Origin: Candidatus Micrarchaeota archaeon
GTDB taxonomy: Archaea > Micrarchaeota > Micrarchaeia > Anstonellales > Bilamarchaeaceae
NCBI GenBank assembly: GCA_038046765.1
Contig: JBBSVN010000020.1
Location: 1 to 31,620 of the forward strand
Length of the DNA stretch: 31,620 bases
Reading direction: 5' to 3'
Every line of letters begins with the position of its first letter. The first letter of the stretch is position 1. Shown here piece after piece: positions 27,483 through 31,620 of the stretch. The translations under genes were made by a program, and so were the position numbers. The notes beneath the pieces are model-generated. The model was not told where the DNA came from, made no database searches, and was given only the letters and a program-made list of their open reading frames with translations.

Positions 27483-28205
27483 ATGGTCGAACTAACTTTA
27501 ATCGCAGCATTTTTCGCAGGATTAGCTTCTTTTGTGTCTCCATGCGTTTTACCTCTTGTACCAGCTTATTTATCCTATCTAGCCGGAGTTAGCCTAAATG
27601 GAGGAATTGATGATAAAAATGCTAAACAAAAAATTTTTCTTAATTCACTATTCTTCGTGATGGGATTTGTAATTATTTTTGCGCTATTTGGTGTAATTAT
27701 CAACAGCTTACTTTCAAACATTTCCTATGACCTAACCCAGGTAATTTCAAAAATTGGGGGCGTAATAATAATCATCTTCGGCCTTTTTACCCTGGGGATC
27801 GTAAAATTAGATTTTCTAGAGCGAGAATACAAACTTAAACCAACAGAAACACGTTACGCATATTTAACTTCATTTATTTTTGGTGCAACATTTGCCGTTG
27901 GATGGACTCCTTGCGTTGGTGCAATACTAGGAGCTATTTTAACCTTGGCATTTACTACTCCAAGTAGTGCCTTTGCTCTGTTATTTACGTACGGGCTTGG
28001 ACTAGGGATTCCGTTTTTAATCGTAGGCGCTTTTACTGCGCAAGCGACATCGATCATAAAAAAACATGGTCGAGCAATGAGCTATCTAAATAAAGCAATG
28101 GGTGTTGTACTGATAATTATCGGTATTTTAGTATTTACTGGCAACTTGGTAAAATTAGCCAACTTTACTTTTGCAGGAATTTTTATGCCTTTTGGTAGTG
28201 GGTAG
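27483..28205 (+). CDS. ccdA: CcdA/DsbD-type transmembrane electron transporter
   Basis: SFVSPCVLPLVPAY and GWTPCVGAIL redox Cys motifs; 6 TM helices. Confidence 0.93.
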   Translation: MVELTLIAAFFAGLASFVSPCVLPLVPAYLSYLAGVSLNGGIDDKNAKQKIFLNSLFFVMGFVIIFALFGVIINSLLSNISYDLTQVISKIGGVIIIIFGLFTLGIVKLDFLEREYKLKPTETRYAYLTSFIFGATFAVGWTPCVGAILGAILTLAFTTPSSAFALLFTYGLGLGIPFLIVGAFTAQATSIIKKHGRAMSYLNKAMGVVLIIIGILVFTGNLVKLANFTFAGIFMPFGSG

Positions 28206-28208
28206 ATT

Positions 28209-29258
28209 ATGAAAACTTCTGATATAATTATCATTATTTTTGCATTGCTGCTAGTTGTTGCAATTGTATTTGTAATTACTCTTCCGACAAAACAACAAAC
28301 CTTTAATGGCATTAATTCGACGCAAAATAGCCTTAATCCAAGTGCACCCGAATTAGCTGGAATTTCAGGATACATAAATACGAATAACGAATCGATAAAG
28401 CTGTCGAATTATTTTGGCAAAAAAGTTATCCTAATAGATTTTTGGACTTATACATGCATTAACTGTATCAGGACAATTCCCTACTTAAAAATTTGGGATG
28501 AAAAATATCTCGATTCTGGGCTACAAATAATCGGGGTGCACACTCCTGAATTCGATTTTGAAAAGAATTATACTAATGTTCAATCTGCCGTAAAAGAACT
28601 TGGCATAAAATATCCTGTAGTTCAAGATAACGAGTTTTCAACATGGAATGCATATAATAATCGTTACTGGCCTGCAAAATATTTAATTGATAAAAATGGC
28701 AATGTCGTTTACACTCATTTTGGCGAAGGAAATTATGAAGAAATGGAAATGAAAATAATCGAATTGTTGAAGGATCTAAATAGTGATATGCTTCTTAAAA
28801 ACGTAAGCAGTGTAAATGCCACTTCAGTTGACTTTTATCAGATTGGAACACCGGAAATATATTTTGGATATAATTTTAGACGAGATTATATCGGTAATGA
28901 ACTTACTAGTTTGACTCCTTTGGGAATTTATAATTTTACAATTAACAAGCAAACCAAGATCGAACCAAACAAGCCCTATTTAGAGGGTAGTTGGAAAAAC
29001 AATGCCGGGGATTTCGAATTACTAAGCGATTCTGGCAGAATAATCTTATACTACAAGGCAAAAGTTGTCAATATCGTAGCTGGAAGTGATAGCGTTAGCA
29101 CCGTAGTTTCGAGCGTTAACAATGTACTACAAAAAGAAATCAACGTAAGTTCATCTACGCTCTATAATGTTGTTTCTGCAAATGATTACTCTCCCAAAAC
29201 CTTAGAATTAAACATAACTGGAAAGGGATTTAAGATTTATACATTTACTTTTGGCTAG
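28209..29258 (+). CDS. Membrane-anchored TlpA/DipZ-like thioredoxin with DipZ C-terminal domain
   Basis: DFWTYTCINCIRT, GVHTPEF, NRYWPAKYLID, HFGEG.Y, TPEIY.GY. Confidence 0.9.
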   Translation: MKTSDIIIIIFALLLVVAIVFVITLPTKQQTFNGINSTQNSLNPSAPELAGISGYINTNNESIKLSNYFGKKVILIDFWTYTCINCIRTIPYLKIWDEKYLDSGLQIIGVHTPEFDFEKNYTNVQSAVKELGIKYPVVQDNEFSTWNAYNNRYWPAKYLIDKNGNVVYTHFGEGNYEEMEMKIIELLKDLNSDMLLKNVSSVNATSVDFYQIGTPEIYFGYNFRRDYIGNELTSLTPLGIYNFTINKQTKIEPNKPYLEGSWKNNAGDFELLSDSGRIILYYKAKVVNIVAGSDSVSTVVSSVNNVLQKEINVSSSTLYNVVSANDYSPKTLELNITGKGFKIYTFTFG

Positions 29259-29296
29259 CTGCCATATTTTTATATTTAATCTTACAAAATATTAAT

Positions 29297-30115
29297 ATGA
29301 CTACCAGATTTAGGTACAGCGCTACTTTTGACATTTGCACAGAAAGAGGAATTAGAAAATCAATTGTGTTCGCTAGTTCAAGATCTGTTGAAGACGGCAG
29401 ATTAAGAGCCTTAACTGTTGCAAGAAAATTAAGAAGAAAAGAACAAGTAAAAACTCAGACCTTAAAAAGATTTTTCTGTTTGTTTGATAACGATGGATTT
29501 ACCGACGAATTAGCCTCAGTAAAAACACCCATAATCTCCACAGAAAATAAAATAGATGCTCACGAAAAGTTCCACAGAGATTTTAGGGGGATGTATAAAA
29601 GGGAACCCCACCGGCTAGGGGTGGTAGAAGAAGGCTCGGCTTTAGCTCTTGAAGATCCCAAAGGTGCCATGAGGATTGAACACTTTTTTGCAAAGCACGT
29701 TTCTTTTTTCTTAAGAAGTATTTCTAAGCACAGTGCTTCTAACGACGAATTAAGAAAACTATTAAGATTGATAAGGGAGAATTGCGGCGTAGTTTCTGGA
29801 AATAACCTTGCTGTAGCTTATTCATTGGCAAGAGATTATGCTTTATTTTTAGAGTGCAGGCAAATCCTTAAAGTCCATGGATTGGACAAAGGAAGAGATT
29901 TACTAATGCAAGCCTCGCACATAGAATTAGATGAAAACTTCGAGGAAGCCAAACGATTTTTAATCAGTCATTTATCCATTCTTGCAATAAGAAGAATAGA
30001 AAGAATTAAAGGAAATTTGGATTTGCCAAAATATCCATATGAACCACATGCAAAATGTGAGATATGGGACATTGACCAACCTTTTTCAAAAATGCCCCTA
30101 TACCAAACCAAGTAA
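29297..30115 (+). CDS. Hypothetical protein
   Basis: 272-aa ORF with a TATA-like TTTTTATA at 29267-29274; no family recognised. Confidence 0.7.
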   Translation: MTTRFRYSATFDICTERGIRKSIVFASSRSVEDGRLRALTVARKLRRKEQVKTQTLKRFFCLFDNDGFTDELASVKTPIISTENKIDAHEKFHRDFRGMYKREPHRLGVVEEGSALALEDPKGAMRIEHFFAKHVSFFLRSISKHSASNDELRKLLRLIRENCGVVSGNNLAVAYSLARDYALFLECRQILKVHGLDKGRDLLMQASHIELDENFEEAKRFLISHLSILAIRRIERIKGNLDLPKYPYEPHAKCEIWDIDQPFSKMPLYQTK

Positions 30116-30125
30116 ATGCAGTATA

Positions 30126-30142
30126 CGAATGTATTACATTCG
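30126..30142. other. Perfect 8-bp inverted repeat between convergent genes
   Basis: CGAATGTA-T-TACATTCG followed by an A-tract (a T-tract on the minus strand). Confidence 0.5.
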
Positions 30143-30204
30143 AGACAAAAAAAATATTTTGGTCTGAGGATAGTACGAATTAGTTGTTCTGATATAAGTG
30201 AAGA

Positions 30205-30804
30205 TTAATTCGAGATTTCTTTTTGCAATACGATCTTTTGATCCTTAATCAGCATTACAAATTTATCTGTTTTTTCAATTATACAATGTTCACAATTACC
30301 TAATCTGTACTTCCTTGCTTCTTCTGTTTCAAGGTTAAATAGTATCTTTAGTACCGCATTAAAAACGCCTCCATGGGCTACAATTAAAATGTCCTCGTGC
30401 TTCTCATCAAGGTTTTCAAAAAACTCCTTTATTCTTTTTCTAAATTCAACCCTGCTTTCTCCACCTTTAGGTATAAAATCTTCATTTTCTTTTATTAATT
30501 CCCTGTATTGTTCATAAGGTGATCCTTCAAATTCACCATATCCTCTTTCTTTAAGACGATGATCTAGAACTATTAAATTTGCCTTAGCTTTTACAACAAT
30601 TTTTGCAGTATCTAAGGCACGCTTTAACGGACTAACATAGACAATATTAAACTGTTTCCCATGCATAAATTCTGCGATTGAATTAGCCTGCGCAATCCCG
30701 TTTTCATTAAGCGGGATGTCAGAGTGTCCCTGCATCATTCCGTTTTTGTTCCAGTCCGTTTCACCATGGCGTAGGAAATATATTTTCATTTTTTCACTCT
30801 TCAT
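30205..30804 (-). CDS. Histidine phosphatase (phosphoglycerate mutase family)
   Basis: LRHGET.WN, SPLKRA, LKERGYG.FEG, GGES, VAHGG. Confidence 0.93.
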   Translation of the reverse strand: MKSEKMKIYFLRHGETDWNKNGMMQGHSDIPLNENGIAQANSIAEFMHGKQFNIVYVSPLKRALDTAKIVVKAKANLIVLDHRLKERGYGEFEGSPYEQYRELIKENEDFIPKGGESRVEFRKRIKEFFENLDEKHEDILIVAHGGVFNAVLKILFNLETEEARKYRLGNCEHCIIEKTDKFVMLIKDQKIVLQKEISN

Positions 30805-31457
30805 ACTGCTCTTGTTTTTCTAAGTTCTGTTCCTTTACTTGATTTTAGGTACAAAAAGTCCCCTAGTCTTTCAATAATGCAATAATCACCATATGCTAGA
30901 TGAAACCCTGCAAGTTCGCCAGAGTGTATTCCAAAAAGCTCTGCTATTGCGGCCTTATATATACTGCTATGCGTAACCATTAGAAAATTTTCAAATCTTT
31001 CACTCCAGTTTAGATAAGACCTTCGGAATCTTCTTTGTACAATTACTCTTTCTTCTATATCTTCTGGTAAGTGGCTACTATGTCTAAGAACTTTTTTCAC
31101 TATTTTCTTAGATTGCCCGGCTAATGCTCCCAAATCCCTTTCTGTTATTCGTCTATCAGTAAAAAGCTCAAGTTGTGATTCTTCTAATATTTTTTCTTTC
31201 TTTTTCTTCTTGGGTTTTTTATTTTTCTTAGTTTTCTCATTTTTTATTTTTATTTCCGCTAAGATTATTTGCGCTGTTTCCATCGCTCTTCTTTTAGGGC
31301 TGGTAATTATTGCTTCTATCTGAAGTTGTACGAGATCTTTTGCTCTTTTTCTTATATTTTCTCTACCCTCTCTTGTTAGAGGAGTGCTTGATCTACCATG
31401 TACTTTTCCTGCATCTGATTCCTGAGTTGGTCCATGACGAATTAAGTATAGCCTCAT
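30801..31457 (-). CDS. Histidine phosphatase family protein with a Lys-rich insertion
   Basis: IRHGPT, SPKRRA.ETA, ERDLG, VTHS; 4-bp ATGA overlap with the next gene. Confidence 0.85.
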   Translation of the reverse strand: MRLYLIRHGPTQESDAGKVHGRSSTPLTREGRENIRKRAKDLVQLQIEAIITSPKRRAMETAQIILAEIKIKNEKTKKNKKPKKKKKEKILEESQLELFTDRRITERDLGALAGQSKKIVKKVLRHSSHLPEDIEERVIVQRRFRRSYLNWSERFENFLMVTHSSIYKAAIAELFGIHSGELAGFHLAYGDYCIIERLGDFLYLKSSKGTELRKTRAV

Positions 31458-31524
31458 TTATCCACAAATATACATATATACGCAAGTTATTAAAACCCTT
31501 ATTGTTCTATTATACCTGGTCTAT

Positions 31525-31620
31525 ATGTCTAGTCTGGAAACTCAATTCTTAGGTTTATCACTAAAAAATCCATTATTTCTTGCTAGCGGTATTCAGGGAG
31601 TCACAAAAGCCAATTTAGAA
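31525..31620 (+). CDS. pyrD: Dihydroorotate dehydrogenase, 5' fragment (runs off the window)
   Basis: Hand translation MSSLETQFLGLSLKNPLFLASGIQG matches the family-1 DHOD N-terminal L...GL.LKNP..LASG motif. Confidence 0.75.
   Translation, partial: MSSLETQFLGLSLKNPLFLASGIQGVTKANLE

Noticed and set aside
1..31620. Provirus or large integrative element covering the window
   Set aside because: No integrase, capsid, terminase or replication genes were recognised, and the orphans are interspersed with housekeeping genes.

Overview
AT-rich archaeal chromosomal segment. Evidence for an archaeon: TATA-box promoters with ATG 22-23 nt downstream, NurA, a COG1709-type regulator and a VapBC pair. A DPANN/Micrarchaeota-like origin is inference only. 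About 37 genes: housekeeping and metabolic genes (nurA, purQ, serA-like, 5' end of pyrD, thioesterase, epimerase, two histidine phosphatases), an FTR1/DtxR metal-uptake divergon with two operator palindromes, lemA-TPM, and an ArsR-ccdA-thioredoxin (split DipZ) operon, interleaved with many orphan ORFs. Most striking: (1) an AAA+ ATPase-wHTH-nuclease gene bracketed by 42-bp direct repeats built from TGTTCA-N6-TGAACA boxes at 32-bp spacing, with both copies encoding the same C-terminus of the neighbouring gene; (2) a GC-rich intergenic hairpin array with compensatory substitutions between copies; (3) a DtxR homologue that has lost its canonical metal ligands; (4) a MOSC gene broken by one in-frame TAA; (5) a divergent acetolactate-decarboxylase-like protein. 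No rRNA, tRNA, CRISPR array, integrase or transposase was seen. All family calls come from motif recognition by eye, not database searches.
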